NCBI GenBank assembly: GCA_963724765.1
Contig: CAVRVY010000004.1
Coordinates: 416,001 to 480,000 of the forward strand
Direction of reading: 5' to 3'
Length of the DNA: 64,000 nt
Source of the DNA: an uncultured delta proteobacterium
GTDB taxonomy: Bacteria > Desulfobacterota > Binatia > Binatales > Binataceae
A program made the position numbers and the translations under genes. Each line of letters opens with the position of its first letter. Within the stretch, counting starts at the first letter, position 1. Positions 9,006 to 18,215 of this stretch are shown here, in pieces. The notes below the pieces were generated by a model that saw nothing but the letters and a program-made list of their open reading frames with translations, was not told the origin of the DNA and did not search any database.

Positions 9006-10013
9006 TCAGTTCAAACAGAAGAAGCCTATGTCTGACGGCGGGTTCGTAGTCGTGAACGAGTCGGCGGTCCAGCGATTGCTGCCGCAGTCTGGATTCTCAT
9101 CGAGCGCGTCATCGCTGCCGTTGCCTGTGCCCGTGATCGTCGAGAAATGGTTATGCAGGTTGCCCAGGCTGACCGCTATACCGAAATGCTGGAGCGCCGT
9201 ATTGCTGACGATGCTGTTCTTCGACCCATAGAGGGAACCCACGAAGGAGTTCCCATTGCTGGAGGCCACCCCGGACGGGCAGGCCTTGCCGTCGGGGCCG
9301 GTCGGGTTACATCCCAGATAGACGCCAGCCAAGCCGTTATTCTCGGCCTGGAAGCCGTCAAAATGGTTATTGGAGGCGCTCAGCAGCCAGATGCCAAACG
9401 TGCCATTATTTTCGGCTGCGGTGTCTTCGAAGAATGCCCCGTTTACCCCGTTGAGTTTGATTCCTGCATCGGTGTCGCCCCCGGCATTGCCGGCCACCAT
9501 TACAAAGTCCGTCGCCGTGGCGTTGACTTGAATTCCCACATTGTCCGCGCTCGAAGACTCTGCGAACAGAAATGCGTTTGCCCCGTTGACCACGGTCCCC
9601 CTGTTGTTGCCAATGGTTGTAACCAGAAACGTCGAGGCGTTGGGCCCATCCACCCGTACTCCGGTACCAAAATTCTCGATCTCAATGCTGTCCAGGAAAA
9701 CCTTGTTCGCGGAAGGTTCGACGTAAACTCCGATAGTTACGGTCGCGGGGCCCGGCCCTTTGATCGCCGGGCCGCCACTGTTGAGAAGCACGTTGCTGGC
9801 GGCGATATCGATGCAGGTCCCGGTCGAATTCATCGGATTGACACCCTGCAGAATGTAAGTGCCGGGCGAGTTGATTGAGCAACCGCACTTTAGAATTGAT
9901 TTCGCGCACGCCGCCGCAGCCGCGTCCGACGGAGCCAGGGCCATCGCGACCGCGCAGGCCATGGCCCCACTCATACCGACCGCTATTCCAGCCAATTTGC
10001 CTTGTGCTCTCAT
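9006..10013 (-). CDS. Secreted right-handed parallel beta-helix protein
   Basis: Signal peptide; CGCSINSPGTYIL, CIDIAASNVLL; Asn/Gly-rich xNNxxGIxL repeats. Confidence 0.8.
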   Translation of the reverse strand: MRAQGKLAGIAVGMSGAMACAVAMALAPSDAAAAACAKSILKCGCSINSPGTYILQGVNPMNSTGTCIDIAASNVLLNSGGPAIKGPGPATVTIGVYVEPSANKVFLDSIEIENFGTGVRVDGPNASTFLVTTIGNNRGTVVNGANAFLFAESSSADNVGIQVNATATDFVMVAGNAGGDTDAGIKLNGVNGAFFEDTAAENNGTFGIWLLSASNNHFDGFQAENNGLAGVYLGCNPTGPDGKACPSGVASSNGNSFVGSLYGSKNSIVSNTALQHFGIAVSLGNLHNHFSTITGTGNGSDDALDENPDCGSNRWTADSFTTTNPPSDIGFFCLN

Positions 10014-10064
10014 CTTGCGTCTTCCTCTTTGGATTGTGCTTCGGCTCAGCGGTCGATCGCATCG

Positions 10065-10091
10065 AACGCCGCGCGAGCCAAGTTAAGTTCC
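10065..10091 (-). promoter_or_regulatory. Candidate ECF sigma promoter
   Basis: Minus strand GGAACT-N17-CGTT about 50 bp upstream of ATG 10013. Confidence 0.4.
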
Positions 10092-10244
10092 TGGTCAATT
10101 CCAGAAACGATCGGGGCTTTATCGCGCGTACAGGTCTGACACAAGCTAGGTGACTATGCCTTCAGCAGACCGGTGCGGTCCCGCGGGTAGGGACGGCGGG
10201 CCGGTCGGCTCGGCAGTATGCATCGAACCACGGCGAGCGCGACC

Positions 10245-10297
10245 TCAAAAGCACAACGGCCGCAGTCCTCACGGAACTGCGGCCGTTGTGCTTTTGA
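10245..10297. terminator. Bidirectional intrinsic terminator or REP-like hairpin
   Basis: Perfect 22-bp arms TCAAAAGCACAACGGCCGCAGT / ACTGCGGCCGTTGTGCTTTTGA downstream of the cupin gene. Confidence 0.8.
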
Positions 10298-10349
10298 AGC
10301 GTCGGTGACCAGTCTGACTATTTCTCAGATCTGAGTCGCTCGAGTCGGC

Positions 10350-11048
10350 TCACTTAACCTCGACGCTGACCTGCCGATATAGGCTCTTTCCCACGTTTAT
10401 CAGGTCGCGTTCGACTCCGCCGGGCTGCCAGCAGACGTCCTTGGCATTGCGCGTCTCTTCCTTGACTCGCTCCGGACCAGCCGCGGCGCGCTCGACAACC
10501 TTTACCTTGCCCGGCTGAACCACGAACACCGCGGCGTCGCAATCGCTCTGTTGCATCCCGAGAGCCTTGCCCGGCGGCAGCGTGGTCTCCACAACCCGCA
10601 TGCGGTCGTTCTCCATGACGCAGACGCTACCCGGCCGATCGGGGGCGTCCACCATCGCTTCGGAGCAAGTGAAACCCGCGCGATCCTGGCCAGACCGCGG
10701 CGGACGCTTGATTTCGATCAGCGCCTCGCGAAAGCGCGTCGAGCTGACGTTGCGGAAGCTCTCGGTGCCGCCCGCCTTGATGTAGAACACCGAGCGCTCA
10801 TGGCCAATGAAGTCGTAGGTTCCGACATTCTGGTCGTCGACTTTCAGGTTTGCGGCGCCGGTGATGTACAGCACGTAGTCATTTGTGTGGTGATGCAGGC
10901 CGAAGGTATCGCCGGGCGCCACGTCCATCTCCCACACTCTCACGTCCTGGTTTTCGAACAACGACCTTGTCGCGATCTGTGTCATCGGGTGCTGGCCTTT
11001 AGCTTTCGACTGATGCTTGTGTTCGGATACCTGCCCGCTTCCAGCCAT
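10350..11048 (-). CDS. Tandem cupin-domain (bicupin) protein
   Basis: Two repeats: LFENQDVRVWE...HHHTNDYV and MENDRMRVVE; AGGAGG RBS (alternative start 10985). Confidence 0.8.
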   Translation of the reverse strand: MAGSGQVSEHKHQSKAKGQHPMTQIATRSLFENQDVRVWEMDVAPGDTFGLHHHTNDYVLYITGAANLKVDDQNVGTYDFIGHERSVFYIKAGGTESFRNVSSTRFREALIEIKRPPRSGQDRAGFTCSEAMVDAPDRPGSVCVMENDRMRVVETTLPPGKALGMQQSDCDAAVFVVQPGKVKVVERAAAGPERVKEETRNAKDVCWQPGGVERDLINVGKSLYRQVSVEVK

Positions 11049-11219
11049 TGTCTTTTCCTCCTGGTCGCTCGCGCATGATCTTGTGCGATCTTTGCGCGAT
11101 TTTTATTGGACTTCTCCAAAAGGCCGTATAGCACGGGCCCGCGCAGCCACGCCAATGGCCCAATCAGGCCGATATTTCGTTCGCGCCGATGTTTCGATCC
11201 GAAAATGTTTCGATCATGC

Positions 11220-12077
11220 CTAGCGTTTGTAGTAATCCGGACGCCCGGCCGTCCATTGCTCGCCCCACATCTGAAAACCGCCGTCGACCGCGATGATCTC
11301 GCCGGTGATGAATTTGCCGCTCGGGCCCGCCAGGTAGCAGCAGGCGTCGGCGACGTCCTGCGCATCGCCGAGTTTCATCATCGGATTGGCGCGGCCGAAC
11401 TCCGCCCGCGCCTCCTCCGGGTAGACATTCATGCCCTCGGTAGCGGTGACGCCGGGCGCCACGTTGTTGACCCGGATGTGAAGCGGAGCCCACTCGACGG
11501 CGAGCGTCTTGCTGAGATAGATCACGCCGGCGCGTGCGGCCGAGGTATGCGCGACCCCGGGCATTCCGCGCTCCACCACGGCGACGATGTTGACGATGCA
11601 ACCGGGGCTGGCGGCGTCGCGCCAGCGCCGCGCCGCCGCTTGCATCATGTACCAGGGACCGTTGAGGTTGGTGTCGATTACCGCGTTCCATCCCTTGACG
11701 CTGAAATCAATCGCCGGCTGCGGGAACTGGCCGCCCGCGTTGTTCACCAGTACGTCGAGCCGCCCGTAGCGGCTCCAGGCGGCATCGAACAGCGCCGCGA
11801 CCTGTTCCGGATCGCGAATAGTCATCGGATGGATGAGACAATCGATGCCGAGCCGGCGCATCCCTTGCGCGGTGCTCTCGAGCGGCTCCGGTTTGCGCCC
11901 GCAAATTACCAGCTTCGCGCCGAGGCGGCCGAACTGGTACGCGATCGCTTTGCCTAACCCGGTGCCGGCGCCGGAAACCAGAACCACCTGGCCTTCGAAC
12001 AGGCCCGGGCGCCAGCTCAGTTCCAGCGCGGCGAGTTGCTCGTCGGTGAATCCGAAGATCCGATGACTATCAGCCAT
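11220..12077 (-). CDS. SDR oxidoreductase, trans-2-enoyl/2,4-dienoyl-CoA reductase-like
   Basis: SGAGTGLG, NNAGGQFP, HTSAARAG in place of YxxxK, IRVNNVAPG. Confidence 0.9.
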   Translation of the reverse strand: MADSHRIFGFTDEQLAALELSWRPGLFEGQVVLVSGAGTGLGKAIAYQFGRLGAKLVICGRKPEPLESTAQGMRRLGIDCLIHPMTIRDPEQVAALFDAAWSRYGRLDVLVNNAGGQFPQPAIDFSVKGWNAVIDTNLNGPWYMMQAAARRWRDAASPGCIVNIVAVVERGMPGVAHTSAARAGVIYLSKTLAVEWAPLHIRVNNVAPGVTATEGMNVYPEEARAEFGRANPMMKLGDAQDVADACCYLAGPSGKFITGEIIAVDGGFQMWGEQWTAGRPDYYKR

Positions 12078-12092
12078 CGCCGATTCCCCCAA

Positions 12093-12482
12093 TCACCTGC
12101 CGCGGGGCCTAAAATGGCCTGGATCGAGATGGTCGGGGCGCACGATACGCACCTTGTTCACGGTCTGCTCGAGCAACATCGCGAGTAGTTCATCGAAGCG
12201 ATCGTCGTGGCGCCCGGCGCGAATCCCCCCGCACAGCGCCTGGCGCAGCTCCGGCAGCGGCGCCGGCGAGCCGCCAGTGGTGTCGATAAAGCGCGCGAGT
12301 TCGAGATGCTCCTGCTGGTCGAAGCCGGGCGCGAGATCCAGTTCGCGCTCGACGATGCCGAGGAGGTAGGAGGCGACGATTGCGTGATACTGATCCTCGC
12401 CCGCAAGTTTCGGCCGCACGGAATCGACGAACTCCCTTACGGTGCGCAGCAATTCGATCGCGACGGGACGGTCCTGGCTCAC
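12093..12482 (-). CDS. Small kinase-associated helical protein (DUF6285/LvaB-like)
   Basis: QDRP..ELL..VREF, LGIVEREL, LCGGIRAG, KVRIVRP; directly downstream of an APH kinase; GTG start estimated. Confidence 0.7.
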   Translation of the reverse strand: MSQDRPVAIELLRTVREFVDSVRPKLAGEDQYHAIVASYLLGIVERELDLAPGFDQQEHLELARFIDTTGGSPAPLPELRQALCGGIRAGRHDDRFDELLAMLLEQTVNKVRIVRPDHLDPGHFRPRGR

Positions 12483-12547
12483 TTCAATTCCCTCTTTGTA
12501 GTCCTGCGTATTCGCGTGATGCCGCGTGATTCCCGGCAATTCCGCGC

Positions 12548-13579
12548 TCAGTCGTATCGGCCGGCCAGCGTCATGAGCAGATCGTACTCAACCAGGCTCG
12601 TATTGCGGCCGCAGGCGGCAAAGGCCACTGATCGGCGTTTGCCGAAGACGTGTCCGTGCGCCTGCCATACGTTGTAGATTGCCCAGCGCACGAGGCCAAA
12701 AATTTCCCAGTAGCGGATTTCGGCCGGATCGATCCTGCCGCCGCCAGCCGCAACGTAGGCCGCGAGCAGATCCTTGCGCGCGCCGAATCCGCCCACCGGA
12801 CGATCGTTCTCACCAAAGCGCCACGAGCGCGTGCATAGCCAGCCCAGGTCTTCGGCCGGACTGCCGATATGGCAGCACTCCCAATCCAGCACCGCGCGAA
12901 GTCCGTCACGTCCTACCATTAGGTTTCCAGTCCTGAAATCCCCGTGGAGAAAAGTCCGCCGCGGCTCGTGCGCACGATTGAGCTCGAGCCAGCGCAGGCC
13001 AAGCTCGATCGCGGGATGAGCTTCAGCGTACGAATCCAGCCGGCCGCGCTGCGCCAGCAGCGGGTCGCGGCTATCTGGAACCTGCTCGAGAAAGGCCAGT
13101 TCGCCGAGGTCCATCGAATGCAGCAGCGCCAGAGTTTCACCGGCCTGGGAGGTCAGGCGTGCGCGCGCATCGGCGAATTCCGCGCCGCGCAGGATCTTGC
13201 GCGGCATCGTCTCGCCATCGACGAAAGCGCTCACATAGCCGTTTCCCATCGCATCCGCGGCTTCGTACTCGAACATCGGCTCGGGCACCGGCACCTTGTG
13301 CGCGTGCGCGATCCGCATCACGCGGAACTGCACGCCCGAGGCCAGAAATGGACTGTCGGCCTCGCCGGGGCTCTCCTGGCGCGACACCAGACGGCGGCGC
13401 GCCGCGCCCTCGACGAGATCGAAAATCAGCGTGCGGTTGATTCCGCCGAGCGTTGGCACAACGACATTCTCGACCCGCGCCGCCGCGCCATAGCGGCGAT
13501 GGATCGCCTGGCGCAGCGGCTCCAGCGCGTCCGCGGAAATCGTCTTGTCGGAATTTTTGCTGGCAGATGCTCCCGTCAT
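12548..13579 (-). CDS. APH-family phosphotransferase (LvaA / ACAD10-11 kinase-like)
   Basis: LHGDFRTGN, VLDWE, EDLGWLCTRSWRFG, RYWE. Confidence 0.88.
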   Translation of the reverse strand: MTGASASKNSDKTISADALEPLRQAIHRRYGAAARVENVVVPTLGGINRTLIFDLVEGAARRRLVSRQESPGEADSPFLASGVQFRVMRIAHAHKVPVPEPMFEYEAADAMGNGYVSAFVDGETMPRKILRGAEFADARARLTSQAGETLALLHSMDLGELAFLEQVPDSRDPLLAQRGRLDSYAEAHPAIELGLRWLELNRAHEPRRTFLHGDFRTGNLMVGRDGLRAVLDWECCHIGSPAEDLGWLCTRSWRFGENDRPVGGFGARKDLLAAYVAAGGGRIDPAEIRYWEIFGLVRWAIYNVWQAHGHVFGKRRSVAFAACGRNTSLVEYDLLMTLAGRYD

Positions 13580-13580
13580 A

Positions 13581-13628
13581 TCTAGATCTCTACGTGTCTA
13601 GGTCTTTACGTGTCTAAGTCTCTACGTG
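13581..13628. repeat. Tandem repeat, 16 bp x3
   Basis: TCTAGATCTCTACGTG / TCTAGGTCTTTACGTG / TCTAAGTCTCTACGTG directly upstream of the kinase ATG. Confidence 0.85.
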
Positions 13629-13787
13629 CTCGATGCAACCGGTGGCAAGCGATCGTGTTTTTAGCTGACCGACAAGTGGCTATCAGACGAAGAGCCACGG
13701 TTTGCATGTTATACGTTGTTTTAACCAAACATACGTCTTAAAATACTCAGATTCACTAAACAATATGCGTAACTATCAATAACCTTG

Positions 13788-13816
13788 TTGACATTCTTTG
13801 TAATGCTTTGTACATT
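13788..13816 (+). promoter_or_regulatory. Sigma70 promoter in an AT-rich tract
   Basis: TTGACA-N17-TACATT upstream of the 14056 gene. Confidence 0.6.
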
Positions 13817-14055
13817 TCGTAACAGTGTCATGGCTTGGGAAGATTCTTGGGGGAGGATCTTCCTGACCTGCCAGCAAAGTGCAGGGGGCCAGGCCGCTGA
13901 CACCTGCTGCGGCTGTCTCACCTTCAACTGATCTGATCATCCCTCGTTCATGACCGACAACTTCTGCCGGTCGGCGGCGTCGTGCGCAAAACGCGAGCGG
14001 CGCCGCGGCGGAGAACTGCGTGCGCCGCCTCAGATTTTTTTTAAGGGGGAGAGCG

Positions 14056-15573
14056 ATGAAAGGTTTTTTTGGTTTTGTAGCGCGCTTCTTTTTGTTAGCC
14101 GCAACGCTGTTCGCATTCCTGTCCGCTGCTGCGCCTGGAGCTCACGCCTCGCCGCTGGTCGTGTACCTGCCCGCTGCCGCGCCTGAAGGCCAAGGCTCGA
14201 CGATGGAGCTCGGAAGGCCGCAGATGCTACGCTCCAGGCGTCTTTCCACCCCTACACCGACGCCAAAGCAGACTCCCAAGCCGACTCCTGCCGCGACACC
14301 ATCTCCCGACCACACCCCAACCCCGGCGCCTACTCCGGCATCAACGCCGAAGCCGGACCCCAGCACGACTCCTGTCGCCACGCCGACGCCCTCGAGTGTT
14401 GGCGCGGAAATCACTATTAACGCGCCGAGCAATGGACAAACGATTAGCGGTACGGCGATAACCGTGGCAGTCACGCTGGGCCCCGACGTTTACTGGGACC
14501 AACTGCAGGTGGATGGGGTCAACGTGCTCTCGGGTAGCGGCAACTTCACCTGGGATTCGGCCAGCGTCGCGAACGGCACACATACGCTGACGGTCCGGGT
14601 GTTCCAGCAGGGCGGCACCGCGCCCATCGGCACCGCGTACGTCTCGGTCATCGTCAACAATCTGACCGCAAGTCCGACTCCTGCTCCTTCAGCGACCCCG
14701 AGCCCTAGCCCGAGCCCTAGATCGACGGCAAGCTCGACGCCAACCGCAAGTCCTACGCCTGCGGCAACACCCACACCGGGCACGGCACCCACGCACTTCT
14801 CTACTTTAGGCTACCGGGCGACGCTGCCAAGCGAGCCGCAGTGCACGGCCTGGTCGAACGCAATTCCGATCGCGGAGAACGCGCCGAATAATACGGCCTT
14901 CAATGTGCCGCCGCCCGATGGCGTTCCATCGTCGTTCTACTCCAATCCAACGCCATCCAGTGGCGGTGGGATTCCCAGTTCGGACTATGCGAACGTGACT
15001 GGCAACTACTCCGGGACGACCGACGAGATTGTTCGGTGGGCTGCCTGTAAGTGGGGAGTCGACGAGGACGTGGTACGGGCGCAGGGCGAGGTGGAGTCCG
15101 GGTGGGATCAGGGCGGTGCGGGCGACAAGAGGACCACGGAGTCGACATGCGTTAATGGCACCTTCACGGCATTGTGGAACACGGTGATCAGCGAGCCAGA
15201 CGGCTCTACCGTGTCGTGTCCGAATTGCTGCTATACGTCATGGAGTATGTGGCAAACCAAGGCCTATTACGAGACCACGACTTGGTCAATGATCATGCAG
15301 AGCACGCCATTCGCCGCGGACTATCGTTATGCAGATCAGCGGTCGTGTATGAACGGCGACTGGGCTACCTACTTCGCCAGCCCGGCTCAACAGCCCAACA
15401 CTTATGCGGCCGATATTGCGGCTTTTGCGGCTGGTGGCAGCGATTCTCGCGTGCTGTGGGGATGCATTGGATTCCATTTCTCAGGCGGCTGGTACGACTC
15501 GAGCGCGCAGACTTACATCGACGAGGTTCAGACCGCTCTGGCGGCGCACGATTGGCCAGGCGGGGTGCAGTAA
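14056..15573 (+). CDS. Secreted Pro/Thr-rich protein with Ig-like domain and C-terminal lysozyme/SLT-like domain
   Basis: Signal peptide; PT linkers; ITINAPSNGQTISG...WDSASVANGTHTLTVR (Ig-like); WAACKWGVDEDVVRAQGEVESGW with ES motif; GGGGGAG RBS. Confidence 0.75.
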   Translation: MKGFFGFVARFFLLAATLFAFLSAAAPGAHASPLVVYLPAAAPEGQGSTMELGRPQMLRSRRLSTPTPTPKQTPKPTPAATPSPDHTPTPAPTPASTPKPDPSTTPVATPTPSSVGAEITINAPSNGQTISGTAITVAVTLGPDVYWDQLQVDGVNVLSGSGNFTWDSASVANGTHTLTVRVFQQGGTAPIGTAYVSVIVNNLTASPTPAPSATPSPSPSPRSTASSTPTASPTPAATPTPGTAPTHFSTLGYRATLPSEPQCTAWSNAIPIAENAPNNTAFNVPPPDGVPSSFYSNPTPSSGGGIPSSDYANVTGNYSGTTDEIVRWAACKWGVDEDVVRAQGEVESGWDQGGAGDKRTTESTCVNGTFTALWNTVISEPDGSTVSCPNCCYTSWSMWQTKAYYETTTWSMIMQSTPFAADYRYADQRSCMNGDWATYFASPAQQPNTYAADIAAFAAGGSDSRVLWGCIGFHFSGGWYDSSAQTYIDEVQTALAAHDWPGGVQ

Positions 15574-15593
15574 TCTGCTGCCGAGCATAATCC

Positions 15594-15627
15594 CCGGCGC
15601 GGGAGGCATCGGTGCCTTCCGCGCCGG
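15594..15627 (+). terminator. GC-rich hairpin terminator
   Basis: CCGGCGCGGGAGGCA-TCGG-TGCCTTCCGCGCCGG after the stop at 15573. Confidence 0.55.
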
Positions 15628-15720
15628 TCATTTCCATTCGGGACGATTGCGAATCCGCACCTCGATGTGACATTCAAGGCAAGGCCGCTTGGACGGCGCT
15701 TGCTCGCGCGAGGGAATCGG

Positions 15721-17208
<1,488 letters not shown>

Positions 17209-17221
17209 TGAAACCGAGATC

Positions 17222-18169
17222 ATGAAACTGCAAACGCTGATCGAGCGGCGCCTGCTGCATCGCAAGGTGCAGGGGATCGCGGCGGCCCTCCTGCCCTATG
17301 ACGCGCATGGCGCGGTGGCGGTCGAAGACTTTCAGCGCCATCTGCTGGCGACGCATCGCGCGGGCCTGATGAACGCCGTGAACATGGATACCGGCTACGT
17401 GAACTATCTCAGCGACGCCGAACAGCACGAGGTCCTGCGATGGACCCGCGAGACGCTGGGCGCCGGTGTGCCGTTTGTCGCCGGCGCTTATATCGAAGGC
17501 CGCGAGGGCGAGGTGGTCGCGCTTTATCGGCGTCAGATGGACCTGATCGTGAAGTTTGGCGGCATTCCAATACTATTTCAGACCGCGCGACTGCACGGAA
17601 AATCGGACCAGGACAAGGTCGCGGCATATCGCGCCGCCTGCCGTGGCCACGCTGGAGTGTTGGGCTTCGAGTTGGGGCGCATGTTCGCGCCCAATGGGGA
17701 GATTTTCAGCGAAGCGACGCTGCGCGGTCTGATGGATATTCCGGAGCTGAAGGGAATCAAGCACTCTTCGCTCGATCGGCTGATGGAACTCGAGCGTCTA
17801 GCGCTGCGCGACGCAGTGCGGCCGGACTGGCGCATCTATACCGGCAACGATCTCGGCATCAACATGATCGAATACGGCTCGGATTTTCTCCTGGGCCTGG
17901 CGACTTTCGCGCCGGAGAAATTCGCCGAGCGCGACCGGCTATGGGAAACCGGCGACCCGGTCTACTACGCGCTTGGCGACGCCCTGCAGTACCTGGGCAA
18001 CGTGGCGTTTCGCGAGCCCGTCCCGGCCTACAAACATTCGGCCGCTACGTTTCTGCATCTGCTGGGACGAATTTCCAGCAGCCTGCCGCATGCGAAAAGC
18101 CCCAGGCGGCCGGCATGGGAGGCGGAGATTCTGCGCGACTGCGCGCGGCGGCTGAGATACGAAATTTAG
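17222..18169 (+). CDS. Non-canonical DapA/NAL-family aldolase-like protein
   Basis: AALLPY, AVNMDTGY, candidate Schiff-base Lys in KGIKHSS, IYTGND. Confidence 0.78.
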   Translation: MKLQTLIERRLLHRKVQGIAAALLPYDAHGAVAVEDFQRHLLATHRAGLMNAVNMDTGYVNYLSDAEQHEVLRWTRETLGAGVPFVAGAYIEGREGEVVALYRRQMDLIVKFGGIPILFQTARLHGKSDQDKVAAYRAACRGHAGVLGFELGRMFAPNGEIFSEATLRGLMDIPELKGIKHSSLDRLMELERLALRDAVRPDWRIYTGNDLGINMIEYGSDFLLGLATFAPEKFAERDRLWETGDPVYYALGDALQYLGNVAFREPVPAYKHSAATFLHLLGRISSSLPHAKSPRRPAWEAEILRDCARRLRYEI

Positions 18170-18215
18170 CGGCCGGCTCGACGCCCTTGAAAGAAAGCGC
18201 GCGCGCCGAATCGGT

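Noticed and set aside
8955-10297. Twin hairpins as integron attC sites (GCACAAC...GTTGTGC resembles RYYYAAC...GTTRRRY)
   Set aside because: Only about 41 bp, no extrahelical bases in the stem, terminator-like A/T tails, no integrase in the window
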